Made by a program: the position numbers and the translations under genes
Source of the DNA: Spirochaetales bacterium
Lineage (GTDB): Bacteria; Spirochaetota; GWE2-31-10
Length of the DNA: 55,616 nt
Reading direction: 5' to 3'
NCBI GenBank assembly: GCA_022508205.1
Contig: JAFLVQ010000001.1
Span: 1 to 55,616 of the forward strand
Shown: one piece after another, positions 19,198-27,596 of the stretch
Layout: every line of letters begins with the position of its first letter
Numbering within the stretch: the first letter of the stretch is position 1
Notes under the pieces: model-generated
Database searches by the model: none
Seen by the model: the letters and a program-made list of their open reading frames with translations, nothing else
What the model was told of the DNA's origin: nothing

Positions 19198-20522
19198 AAA
19201 AAATAAAAAAGAGATTTGTTTGCAGTGAGTGTGGTTATGTTTCGAGTGCATGGATAGGAAAATGTCCTGAGTGTAATAGTTGGAACGCATTCACTGAAGA
19301 AATAATTAATGATGCTGTTCAAACTTTCGATTCCGATGATAATAAAAGTATTCAATTACCGATAAAAATTCAGGAAGTTCGGCAGCTTGAAGAAGATATT
19401 TTTATTCTCGAAAATGAAAATATGAATATTTTTTTTGGATCCGGAATTGTTCCCGGTTCCGTTATTTTGTTGTCGGGTGAACCGGGAGTGGGAAAATCAA
19501 CATTTCTGTTTTTGCTGGCAAAGTATATTAAACGGTCTAAGAAAATTTATTATTTTTCCGGCGAAGAATCTGTCTCACAGATAAAAAAGAGGTTTGATCG
19601 TGTAGGAGCTTCCGATTCTTCTTTGTTTGTATCTAACATCTCGCAAGTTGAAAAGATTAATGAAATTTGTATGAAAGAAAAACCAATGTTTGTTTTTATC
19701 GATTCTATACAAACCTGCTTTTCATCCGAAGTTGATTCAGGACAAGGGACAATTTCTCAAATAAAAAAGTGCACTCAAACATTAATCGATTATGCAAAAG
19801 CTTCAAATGCCGTTGTAATTATAGTGTGTCATGTTACAAAATCGGGGGAAATTGCCGGTCCGAAAATTATGGAGCATATGGTAGATGTTGTTACATATTT
19901 TGAAAGTGATTATAAAAATCAATTTAGAATATTGCGTTCAAGGAAAAATAGATTTGGCAATGTTGACGAAATACTTGTTTTTAACATGAAAGAAAAAGGG
20001 CTCGAAATTATCGATAATCCGTCATCTTTTTTTATAGAAAGTGAAGATAAAAATGAATTTTCCATAGGAAAGTGCAAATGTGTGATAATGGAAGGTAAAA
20101 GACCGTTGATTGTTGATATTGAAGCTTTGGTTGTGCTGTCGGCTTTTCCCATGCCGAAAAGATTTTCGGAAGGCATAGAAATTTCTAAAATAAACAGAAT
20201 ATTAGCTATAATTGATAAGCATTTGAATGAAAATTTTAATAATTATGATGTTTATACTAATATTTCCGGAGGTATAAAAACTTCAGATATAGGAATAGAT
20301 TTAGCAATAGCAGCGGCTTTAATTTCGTCTAAAAAGCAAAAAGCTATAAAAAATGATACTGTATTTATAGGAGAGCTTTCCCTTACCGGCGGCATAAAAA
20401 AAGTTAATCAAATAGATAAAAGAATAAAAGAAGCAATGCGTTTTGGTTTTAATAAAATTTATTATCAGGACGAAAAATATAGTTTGGAAAGTATTGGCAT
20501 GTTAAAAGATTACTTTCAATAG
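19194..20522 (+). CDS. radA: DNA repair protein RadA/Sms
   Basis: 442 aa. Zinc ribbon CSECGYVSSAWIGKCPECNSWN, Walker A GEPGVGKST, RadA-specific KNRFG motif and a Lon-like C-terminal domain. ATGA overlap with the upstream gene. Confidence 0.93.
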   Translation: MKKIKKRFVCSECGYVSSAWIGKCPECNSWNAFTEEIINDAVQTFDSDDNKSIQLPIKIQEVRQLEEDIFILENENMNIFFGSGIVPGSVILLSGEPGVGKSTFLFLLAKYIKRSKKIYYFSGEESVSQIKKRFDRVGASDSSLFVSNISQVEKINEICMKEKPMFVFIDSIQTCFSSEVDSGQGTISQIKKCTQTLIDYAKASNAVVIIVCHVTKSGEIAGPKIMEHMVDVVTYFESDYKNQFRILRSRKNRFGNVDEILVFNMKEKGLEIIDNPSSFFIESEDKNEFSIGKCKCVIMEGKRPLIVDIEALVVLSAFPMPKRFSEGIEISKINRILAIIDKHLNENFNNYDVYTNISGGIKTSDIGIDLAIAAALISSKKQKAIKNDTVFIGELSLTGGIKKVNQIDKRIKEAMRFGFNKIYYQDEKYSLESIGMLKDYFQ

Positions 20523-20531
20523 GAAAATGCT

Positions 20532-21560
20532 ATGAGGAAAAACCTTTTTCTGTTTTTTTATTTCCTTTTATTCTCTTCTTTTTTTATGTATGCGCAGTCT
20601 ATTTCCATAGGTATAGTAAACCCGTTTTTATATCAAAATTCCACCGAAACATTATTGATAAAAAGCAACTTGATATTTGAGATTTTCAGTGTGGACAACG
20701 AAGGAAAATTTTCATTTAAAAATATTACTTGCAAAGGTGCTACATTTGATGAATGGCAGCAGAATGCATTTTCATCTGCCGAAGACGAGGATCTTCAGTA
20801 TGTTTTTCTTTTTAAAACGTATAAGTTGTATGAAAACATAATACTTCAGTCATATCTTTTTGATGTAGAAAAGAATCAGCTGCTGTACAACAAAAATTAT
20901 CCGATTGAATTTAATATTAAAATCAATGAATCAATTGCCTTTGTCGCGGAGCAAATTATCAGTGATATAATGCAGTTGCATTTTGATGTGAAAGAAGTAG
21001 TGAAAAATAAATCGGAAAAAAAGGAAATGACTAAAACCGATGCAGAAAACACAGATGAACAAGCAGAAAAAATCAGAATTGAAAATTTGTTGGATAAAGA
21101 AAGGTTTAAACATGAACTTTTTGTTGCTAATGGTTTTTTAAAAATGAATTCCGGAACGCTGACTTTTACATCACTTTATACCGGATACAGTTTTTATGCC
21201 AGTGATTTTATATATATAGATGTCGGCGGATGTATAGGATTCGGAAAGCAGGAAAAGTGGTTTGATTTTACCGAATGGAAATGGAATTCATTTTACGGAG
21301 GAGGCTTTGCGGGAATTCATTTTTATCTGAAAGGTTGGTTTGAACCTAATATAGGTGCAAAGGTGGAAATATTGTACAACAATACGGAATCGGTATGCCT
21401 TTCCGTACCGTTTGATGTCGGAATGAAAATTCATTTATCAAAAAGGCATTTACTGCGTATATCCGGTGTATTTCCTATAATGTCTTTGAATTTAACGAAT
21501 TATCAATGGGATAACAAATTAACATTAGGGGTTTTGATAGGTTATGGTGTTAAATTATAA
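20532..21560 (+). CDS. Secreted hypothetical protein, possible C-terminal beta-barrel
   Basis: 342 aa. Signal peptide MRKNLFLFFYFLLFSSFFMYAQS, an N-domain of about 130 aa, a Lys/Glu-rich linker, and an aromatic/Gly-rich C-terminal region of about 160 aa with an alternating hydrophobic pattern. Confidence 0.6.
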   Translation: MRKNLFLFFYFLLFSSFFMYAQSISIGIVNPFLYQNSTETLLIKSNLIFEIFSVDNEGKFSFKNITCKGATFDEWQQNAFSSAEDEDLQYVFLFKTYKLYENIILQSYLFDVEKNQLLYNKNYPIEFNIKINESIAFVAEQIISDIMQLHFDVKEVVKNKSEKKEMTKTDAENTDEQAEKIRIENLLDKERFKHELFVANGFLKMNSGTLTFTSLYTGYSFYASDFIYIDVGGCIGFGKQEKWFDFTEWKWNSFYGGGFAGIHFYLKGWFEPNIGAKVEILYNNTESVCLSVPFDVGMKIHLSKRHLLRISGVFPIMSLNLTNYQWDNKLTLGVLIGYGVKL

Positions 21561-22569
21561 GAAGCTGTTTTATATTTTTATTATGTTTCTTACTTTTTCA
21601 CTTTTTGCAGAAAAAAAGCATATTTCCGTTTTTTTTGAGAACAAGGATACATTGAGTGACGAAGAATTTTATTCCATAATGTATATTTTTAATTGTATTG
21701 AGAGTGAAAATCGAATATCCGACTGTACATTTTTTTGTGATTATAATTTTGTCGATATGTCTATAGAAAGACGTGTTTTGTTAAATAAAAATGATGCATT
21801 TTATGTTGCTTATTTTGAAGATAAGAATTTGAAATTCGATATTTATGATAAAAGCGGAGAAATTATTTCATCGTCTTTTTTCGATTTTAGTTCGTGTTCG
21901 TCATTGGATGATTTGAATGTAGTCAAAGAAAAAATCTACGAACAGATGGAAAAAGATGTTTTGCATATATTGCATAAAGATAAAGAGATAAACCAAGCAG
22001 CAACAAACAGCAGTAAAGTAAAAAGCAGTGAAAAGAAAATGAATCATGATTTTCCTTATGTCGGTTTTTCTGTTACCGGCGTATCTTTTCATTTGTACTA
22101 TGAAGATTTGAATAACTTTTCTATTTTCCCGATAAATTTTTATTTATCATTTTATCCTCTGAGGTATATGGAAATAAGTTTTTTTTATGATTTGTCTTAT
22201 AATGATTTTTACCTTGATTGCAGTTCAGGAAGTTTGGCATTATTTTCTCAATTTTACGGAATGTCACTTGGTTTTTCATTTTTCTATAAAATGTCGCATT
22301 ATTCTTTTGGTGTAAGTTTTTATAATATTTCTGCGTTTGTTGAAAAATCTGGTAAATTAAGAGGTGTTGAATCATATTTTTTGCCGCAGTTTGCTTTTTA
22401 TCAGAGACTGGATATTAAATTGTATAAAATAATTCACTATACAATGTACGTAAGTTTCCATACGGTTCAAAAATTTTCAAATGAAGATTCAGGATGGAAT
22501 GGCAAAATATTTGACTATGGCTTGCCGCAATTAGATGTGTCACTGCTCGGAATTTCATTATTTTTTTAA
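21544..22569 (+). CDS. Secreted hypothetical protein with the same architecture as the upstream gene
   Basis: 341 aa, overlapping the upstream gene by 17 nt. Has a signal peptide, N-domain, polar linker and an aromatic-rich C-terminal region ending ..LGISLFF (terminal Phe, as in many OM beta-barrels). Confidence 0.6.
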   Translation: MVLNYKKLFYIFIMFLTFSLFAEKKHISVFFENKDTLSDEEFYSIMYIFNCIESENRISDCTFFCDYNFVDMSIERRVLLNKNDAFYVAYFEDKNLKFDIYDKSGEIISSSFFDFSSCSSLDDLNVVKEKIYEQMEKDVLHILHKDKEINQAATNSSKVKSSEKKMNHDFPYVGFSVTGVSFHLYYEDLNNFSIFPINFYLSFYPLRYMEISFFYDLSYNDFYLDCSSGSLALFSQFYGMSLGFSFFYKMSHYSFGVSFYNISAFVEKSGKLRGVESYFLPQFAFYQRLDIKLYKIIHYTMYVSFHTVQKFSNEDSGWNGKIFDYGLPQLDVSLLGISLFF

Positions 22570-22677
22570 AATTGTAAATATTAAGAATATGTAGTACATT
22601 TCTTTTTAATTTAAGAGTAGTATAATTCTTTAATTATTTGTATATTTCTTTAATAAATAAAATGAGGAGCTTTCTTT

Positions 22678-23376
22678 ATGGTGAAAAAAAAGATTTTGAT
22701 TGTTGATGATGATAAAAAATTGACTGATATAGTGCAGAAATATTTCACTCAATATGAATTTAATGTTGTTATTATAAATGATGGAAAAGATGTAGATCAA
22801 GTAGTTGACGCCGAAAAGCCGGATATAATTTTGCTTGATATTATGCTTCCGGGAAAAAATGGATTGGATCTATTGAAAGATTTGCAGAAAAGGGTAGATG
22901 TTCCTATCATTATGCTTACTGCAAAAGGTGATGAAATAGATAAAATAATCGGTCTTGAATTAGGCGCAGATGATTATGTAACAAAACCTTTCTCTATAAG
23001 AGAGCTTAGTGCCAGAATCCGAAGTGTTTTGAGACGTTCTGCAAGTTCTCCGTTTGATTATACTCAGAAAAAAGAATTGGTTTTCGGTAATCTTATTATA
23101 AACGCTGATAAAAGAATGCTGATTGTCGATAACAATGAAATGGAATTGACAAAAACAGAATTTGAAATTCTTTATTTGTTGGCATCAAATCCAGAAAAAA
23201 CATTTACCAGAGAAGAATTGCTGAAAGTAATTTCGGACAGAGATTATGAAAGTTTTGACCGTTCTGTAGATATGCACATAAGCCATTTAAGAAATAAGTT
23301 AAAACAGCAAAAATCTGAAAATTGCAGCATAAGAACTGTATGGGGTGCAGGATACAGATTTGAAGTTAAAAAATAA
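22678..23376 (+). CDS. OmpR-family response regulator
   Basis: 232 aa. Receiver domain (DD..D54-like LLDIMLPG, ..TAKG..) plus a winged-helix C-terminus ending ..VWGAGYRF. AGGAG RBS. Confidence 0.9.
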   Translation: MVKKKILIVDDDKKLTDIVQKYFTQYEFNVVIINDGKDVDQVVDAEKPDIILLDIMLPGKNGLDLLKDLQKRVDVPIIMLTAKGDEIDKIIGLELGADDYVTKPFSIRELSARIRSVLRRSASSPFDYTQKKELVFGNLIINADKRMLIVDNNEMELTKTEFEILYLLASNPEKTFTREELLKVISDRDYESFDRSVDMHISHLRNKLKQQKSENCSIRTVWGAGYRFEVKK

Positions 23377-24751
23377 CCTCATAAAAAGTTCCTTAAGAAA
23401 AAGAATGATATGTCTTTTTCTTGTATTGCTCGGAATACACGTTATTTTAACTGCTGTGATTTCTTTTTTTACTTTTCAAAAATTGCTTGATTCCCAAATG
23501 AGTGGAATTGATTTTAAAACAACGGCGTTGAAGTCACAAATCGAAAAGTATTATGACGGTGTTTCGGAAGAACATTATGATGTTTATGATCTATTAAATT
23601 ATGATAACGGATATGAAACTGATATTTTAAAAAGTCAGGTTGAAAAAACATTTTCAGGAATGGAATTTTCCGTAAGCAGTGTGGAGGGGGATCTTTTTTA
23701 TAAAGATTTCCCTAAACTCATATATAAAAATGAAACCAAAAGTTATTTATTTGAAATAAAAAGGCAAATCAGTTTCAAAGCTAATTTGCCGTTTAAGTCC
23801 ATAGAATTATCTATAAGAGTCAATTTCTTAAAAATTATTTTTCAAAGTCTTTTGATAAGTTCTGTTCTTTCTGCAATTTTCATATTACCTTTTTTAGTTT
23901 TATATATAAACAGTGCAATAAAGCCGTTATTTGACCTCGCAAAAGCCGCATCACAAATCGCGATTGGAAACTATGGTATAAAAATAAAAACACAACCGAA
24001 AGATGAAATCGGATGTGTTATAAAATCTTTCAATTATATGTCCGATGAGCTTGTAAACATGAAGGAAATTCGAGATGATTTACTGGCTACAGTAAGTCAT
24101 GAACTGCGTTCTCCTTTGGGAAGAATTCGTGGATATACCGAATTAATGCTTGATATTAATTTATCTGAAGCAGAAAAAAAGGCATTTTATAAGTCAATAC
24201 TATCTGAAATCGATTTACTTAATAAGATGATCGGTGAAATTTTGGAAGTCTCCAGACTTGAATTGAAAAAAGAACAGTTGTTTACTGAAACGGTAGATAT
24301 GAAATTTTTCTTTGAAATGCTGACAAAGGAATTGAAGGTTTTAGAGAAATCCAGAAATGTGGAAATAGAATATTTTTGCAGTGAAAATATTTTTTGTGAA
24401 ATCGATGTCGAAAAAATAAAACGCGTTATCATTAACATAATTCAAAATGCAATTAATGCCAAAGCTACACATATTATTGTCAAAATGGATAAAGACAAAG
24501 ATAATAAAATGTGTGAAATTTCTATTGAGAATAATGGCAAAACCTTATCGGAAGAATATTTCCAACTTGTGTTTGAAAAGTTTTATCGTGTTGATAAAGC
24601 ACGCGACAGAGAATCCGGCGGATTCGGACTTGGACTTGCCATTTGCAAAGGTATAGTGGAAGAACATCATGGACATATATTTTTTGTTAAAGTAGAGCAG
24701 GGGACAAAATTGGTAACGCAGCTTCCTTTGGTTGAAGAAAAAGATGTTTAA
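23345..24751 (+). CDS. Sensor histidine kinase (two TM, HAMP, HisKA, HATPase_c)
   Basis: 468 aa. H-box SHELRSPL, N-box IIQNAINA, G2 GGFGLGLAICKGIV. Overlaps the regulator by 32 nt. An alternative start at 23405 (MICLFLV..) cannot be excluded. Confidence 0.88.
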   Translation: MQDTDLKLKNNLIKSSLRKRMICLFLVLLGIHVILTAVISFFTFQKLLDSQMSGIDFKTTALKSQIEKYYDGVSEEHYDVYDLLNYDNGYETDILKSQVEKTFSGMEFSVSSVEGDLFYKDFPKLIYKNETKSYLFEIKRQISFKANLPFKSIELSIRVNFLKIIFQSLLISSVLSAIFILPFLVLYINSAIKPLFDLAKAASQIAIGNYGIKIKTQPKDEIGCVIKSFNYMSDELVNMKEIRDDLLATVSHELRSPLGRIRGYTELMLDINLSEAEKKAFYKSILSEIDLLNKMIGEILEVSRLELKKEQLFTETVDMKFFFEMLTKELKVLEKSRNVEIEYFCSENIFCEIDVEKIKRVIINIIQNAINAKATHIIVKMDKDKDNKMCEISIENNGKTLSEEYFQLVFEKFYRVDKARDRESGGFGLGLAICKGIVEEHHGHIFFVKVEQGTKLVTQLPLVEEKDV

Positions 24752-24752
24752 A

Positions 24753-25346
24753 TCAAATATATTGCTTTTGTTCTATTGCTCGTGAGAGAGTGTATTTATC
24801 TGCATATTCCAAAACGCCTCCCATTGGAAGTCCTGTAGCTATTCGGGATATTTTAATATTACTGAATGTTGTTTTTATAAGATTTTGAAGATATAGAAAT
24901 GTTGCATCGCCTTCGATCGTGGGATTGGTCGCAATAAGGATTTCTTCAAAATTCTCTTTTTGTAAACGTGAGATTAGTTCTTTTATTCTCAATTTTTCCG
25001 GAGTTCTGTGCTCCAATGGATTTATTGTACCAGAAAGAATGTGATAAAGTCCGGAATAAACTCCTGTATCTTCTATTGCTATCATGTCTTTTTGCTCTTC
25101 TACTATGCACAAAATTTGTTTTTTTCTGCTTTCGGACGAACAAATAGAACACTTATCTTCACTGAGGATAATACAGCCACAATCCGGACAAAACCGAGAA
25201 TTTTCTTTTATATAAGAAAGAATTTTTATGAAGTCTCCGGAGTACTCTTTGTTTTTTATAAAAAAATAAGCCAGTTTCGATGCTGTTTTTTTACCAAGTC
25301 CGGGTAATCTGCTTAAAATAGTGACTAAATCTTCAATTTTATACAT
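24753..25346 (-). CDS. recR: Recombination protein RecR
   Basis: The track ORF runs to 25397, but the RecR-like N-terminus starts at MYKIEDLVTILSRLPGLGKKTA (ATG 25346), which abuts the ybaB stop. C4 zinc finger CPDCGC..CSIC and a Toprim domain. Confidence 0.9.
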   Translation of the reverse strand: MYKIEDLVTILSRLPGLGKKTASKLAYFFIKNKEYSGDFIKILSYIKENSRFCPDCGCIILSEDKCSICSSESRKKQILCIVEEQKDMIAIEDTGVYSGLYHILSGTINPLEHRTPEKLRIKELISRLQKENFEEILIATNPTIEGDATFLYLQNLIKTTFSNIKISRIATGLPMGGVLEYADKYTLSRAIEQKQYI

Positions 25347-25347
25347 T

Positions 25348-25662
25348 TTACCTTCCCAAAATCGAAGATATATCTCCAAATGAACTGCCAAACTCATTTT
25401 TCATTTTTTCAGTCATTTTTTCACATGCATCGTTTTGAGCGCAGATAATCAGGTTTTTAAATGTTTCCAAATCTTCGGTTATGTATTTATTATTTTCATA
25501 ATCAATATCGATAATCTTGAATTTCCCGTTTATTTTTACTTTTACAAATCCACCGCCTGCTTCTCCGGTAATTTCGCACGCTTCCATTTTATTTCTTATC
25601 TCATCAGCTTTTTCTCTCAGTGAATTAATATTAAAATTTTTAAGTAAATCAAATGGTGTCAT
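25348..25662 (-). CDS. ybaB: Nucleoid-associated protein YbaB/EbfC
   Basis: 104 aa. ..GEAGGGFVKVKINGKFKIIDIDY.. is typical of the YbaB family. Conserved dnaX-ybaB-recR order. Confidence 0.88.
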   Translation of the reverse strand: MTPFDLLKNFNINSLREKADEIRNKMEACEITGEAGGGFVKVKINGKFKIIDIDYENNKYITEDLETFKNLIICAQNDACEKMTEKMKNEFGSSFGDISSILGR

Positions 25663-25673
25663 TTTATTCTCCT

Positions 25674-27068
25674 TTATCTGTATTCAGTACATGAAAAAAT
25701 TTGCTTTAAGTTTTTTTTGTTTATGTCGTAATCTGAAAATGTTTTTTTTGTTTCATCTTTATCTTCTGGAATAATATTTTTTTCAATTAAAAGCGGTTGT
25801 TCTTTGGCAGAAACTTCAATTTTTGCAACAACAGGTTGTGAAATAGGTTTTACTTCCGGAACAAGGTCACTTTTGTGGATTTCCTGCTTATTGATTTCAG
25901 ATTTCGGAATCTCGACTAATTTTTTTTTTTCGATAAATGAAGTTTGAAGAGTTTTTATTTGTTTTAGTAATGCTTCGGGACGGATAAAATCTTTGTATCG
26001 TGATAATTTAATTAAGAAAAATTCCAATTCCATTTCTTGATTAATTGAATATTTTAATTTCTCATAAAATCCAAATGATAAATCTAAAATATTTTCAACA
26101 TCATAAATTGATAATTTTTCCAATATTTCAGGCGAATAATATGATGAATTATTTTTTATATCATCAGAAGATGAATGTGATTTCAATAAAAGTATATCTC
26201 TGAAAAAAGAAATTATATCACTCAGAATTTGTTCTATTCTGCAGCCAGAATTTAGCAATGTGCTAAGTTTCAGATGAATATCCATGATTTGTTCATTTAA
26301 AATACATGTTATCAGTTGTGATATTTGTTCTTTACCAGCAAGTCCAAGTTTTGATTGAATCTTATTCAGTGTAATTTCGTTTCCGCAAAAAGAAATAATC
26401 TGATCCAGCAGTGTATAGGCGTCACGCAATGACCCTTTTCCTTCTTTAGCAATCCATTTAACACTGTCATCATCAAAGGAGATATTTTTATCAGTTAGAA
26501 TCTTTTTTATATTATTTTCGATAATGTTATGCGGAATTAAACGCAGATTGAATTGCTGACAGCGTGATTTTATGGTCGCAGGAACTTCATTTAACTCCGT
26601 AGTTGCAAATATGAAAACCACGTGTTCCGGAGGTTCTTCGATGGTTTTCAGCAATGCATTAAATGCACTTTTTGAAAGCATGTGAACTTCATCTATAATG
26701 TAAATTTTATATTTTGCTGCGGCCGGTAAGTACTGAATTTCTTCCTGAATTATTTTGATATTATTGATACTTGTATTAGATGCACCGTCAATTTCTATAA
26801 CATCGCTGTTGTTTCCTTCTTTTATACTAATACATTGCGGACAATTATTGCAGGGTTCACCGGTAGGCCCATGAATACAGTTTAATCCTTTTGCAATTAA
26901 TCGTGCCGTTGTCGTTTTGCCGACACCACGCGGACCGCTGAGCAAAAAAGCATTTGGTATTTTTTTGGAATTAAGAGAATTTTTGATTGCTGTGGAAACA
27001 AAATCTTGTCCGACAAGAGATGAGAAATTTTGCGGTCTATATTCAGTAGCTGTTGCGGTATGTGCCAT
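25674..27068 (-). CDS. dnaX: DNA polymerase III subunit gamma/tau
   Basis: 464 aa. Walker A GPRGVGKTT, zinc module CNNCPQC, Walker B IIDEVHMLS, and sensor motifs. Confidence 0.93.
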   Translation of the reverse strand: MAHTATATEYRPQNFSSLVGQDFVSTAIKNSLNSKKIPNAFLLSGPRGVGKTTTARLIAKGLNCIHGPTGEPCNNCPQCISIKEGNNSDVIEIDGASNTSINNIKIIQEEIQYLPAAAKYKIYIIDEVHMLSKSAFNALLKTIEEPPEHVVFIFATTELNEVPATIKSRCQQFNLRLIPHNIIENNIKKILTDKNISFDDDSVKWIAKEGKGSLRDAYTLLDQIISFCGNEITLNKIQSKLGLAGKEQISQLITCILNEQIMDIHLKLSTLLNSGCRIEQILSDIISFFRDILLLKSHSSSDDIKNNSSYYSPEILEKLSIYDVENILDLSFGFYEKLKYSINQEMELEFFLIKLSRYKDFIRPEALLKQIKTLQTSFIEKKKLVEIPKSEINKQEIHKSDLVPEVKPISQPVVAKIEVSAKEQPLLIEKNIIPEDKDETKKTFSDYDINKKNLKQIFSCTEYR

Positions 27069-27110
27069 TTTTTGCCATCTCTATTTTGTATTATTTTAAT
27101 GTAATAAAAA

Positions 27111-27229
27111 GCCCCTATTTATTCCAAAACCGATTACACGCATAATTTTGAAAGGTACCGTTGCTATCTTCCGATCCTGGCGGGGTTAGTTTCATCGTTA
27201 TCGCATAGAGTCTTGAACTAAAAAGGGGC
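27111..27229 (-). ncRNA. ffs: Signal recognition particle RNA (small 4.5S-type)
   Basis: The minus strand contains the domain IV core CCAGG-AUC-GGAA-GAU-AGCA-ACGG (GNRA tetraloop plus conserved AGCA). The termini pair (5' GCCCCU / 3' AGGGGC) and are followed by U5. Position immediately upstream of dnaX is conserved in many bacteria. The ends are approximate. Confidence 0.65.
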
Positions 27230-27232
27230 ATT

Positions 27233-27310
27233 TGAGGAATGAGGAATTGAACCTGCTATATCTTATGATATGTCATGCAATTGACCGATTAACCATTCTC
27301 GCATTTCCCC
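27233..27310 (-). other. Aberrant tRNA-like element (possible decayed class II tRNA)
   Basis: Has a D arm TGCGAGAATGGTTAATCG, T-loop GGTTCAATTCC, a 6/7 acceptor helix and an extra-arm hairpin ATATC-ATAA-GATAT. However, the anticodon arm is only GTCA-ATTGCA-TGAC (6-nt loop) and the T stem has only 3 bp. Confidence 0.35.
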
Positions 27311-27317
27311 ATAAAAA

Positions 27318-27391
27318 TGAGCCAGAGAGGATTTGAACCTCCGACCTTTAGATCCGCAATCTAAAACTCTATCCAACTGAGCTACTGGCTC
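27318..27391 (-). tRNA. tRNA-Arg, anticodon GCG by manual fold
   Basis: GAGCCAG-TA-GCTC-AGTTGGATA-GAGT-T-TTAGA-TTGCGGA-TCTAA-AGGTC-GGAGG-TTCAAAT-CCTCT-CTGGCTC-A. Clean 74-nt cloverleaf with A20 present. CCA is not encoded. Confidence 0.8.
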
Positions 27392-27397
27392 GCTATT

Positions 27398-27484
27398 CGG
27401 AAAGTGGGGGATTCGAACCCCCGATACGCGCTAACGTATACACGCTTTCCAAGCGTGCACATTCGACCACTCTGACAACTTTCC
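27398..27484 (-). tRNA. tRNA-Ser (GGA)
   Basis: 87 nt. Acceptor GGAAAGT/ACTTTCC, anticodon arm CACGC-TTGGAAA-GCGTG, long variable arm, T arm GGGGG-TTCGAAT-CCCCC. Confidence 0.9.
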
Positions 27485-27492
27485 AGTGGATT

Positions 27493-27581
27493 CGGAGAGG
27501 AAGGGATTCGAACCCTTGGATCGGGATAAGCCGATCAACTCCTTAGCAGGGAGCCCGATTCGACCACTCTCGCACCTCTCC
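27493..27581 (-). tRNA. tRNA-Ser (GCU)
   Basis: 89 nt. Acceptor GGAGAGG/CCTCTCC, anticodon loop CTGCTAA, long variable arm, T arm AAGGG-TTCGAAT-CCCTT. Confidence 0.9.
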
Positions 27582-27596
27582 TGTAAAAATAAAAAA

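Noticed and set aside
24753-25397. Long N-terminal extensions of track ORFs (recR to 25397, argB to 44922, argJ to 46231, SPOR protein to 37348, LRR gene to 49727, ABC ATPase to 50674, FAH to 51441)
   Set aside because: In each case an internal ATG has a good Shine-Dalgarno sequence. That ATG also matches the family N-terminus or signal peptide, or removes an overlap with the neighbour. The shorter coordinates are reported.
27233-27310. Possibility that the aberrant tRNA-like element is selC (tRNA-Sec) or a normal tRNA-Leu/Tyr
   Set aside because: No UCA (or any other anticodon) can be placed in a 7-nt loop with U33. The acceptor is 7 bp rather than 8 bp, and the D arm is Ser-like rather than the 6-bp Sec type. 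It is kept only as a tRNA-like or pseudogene call.
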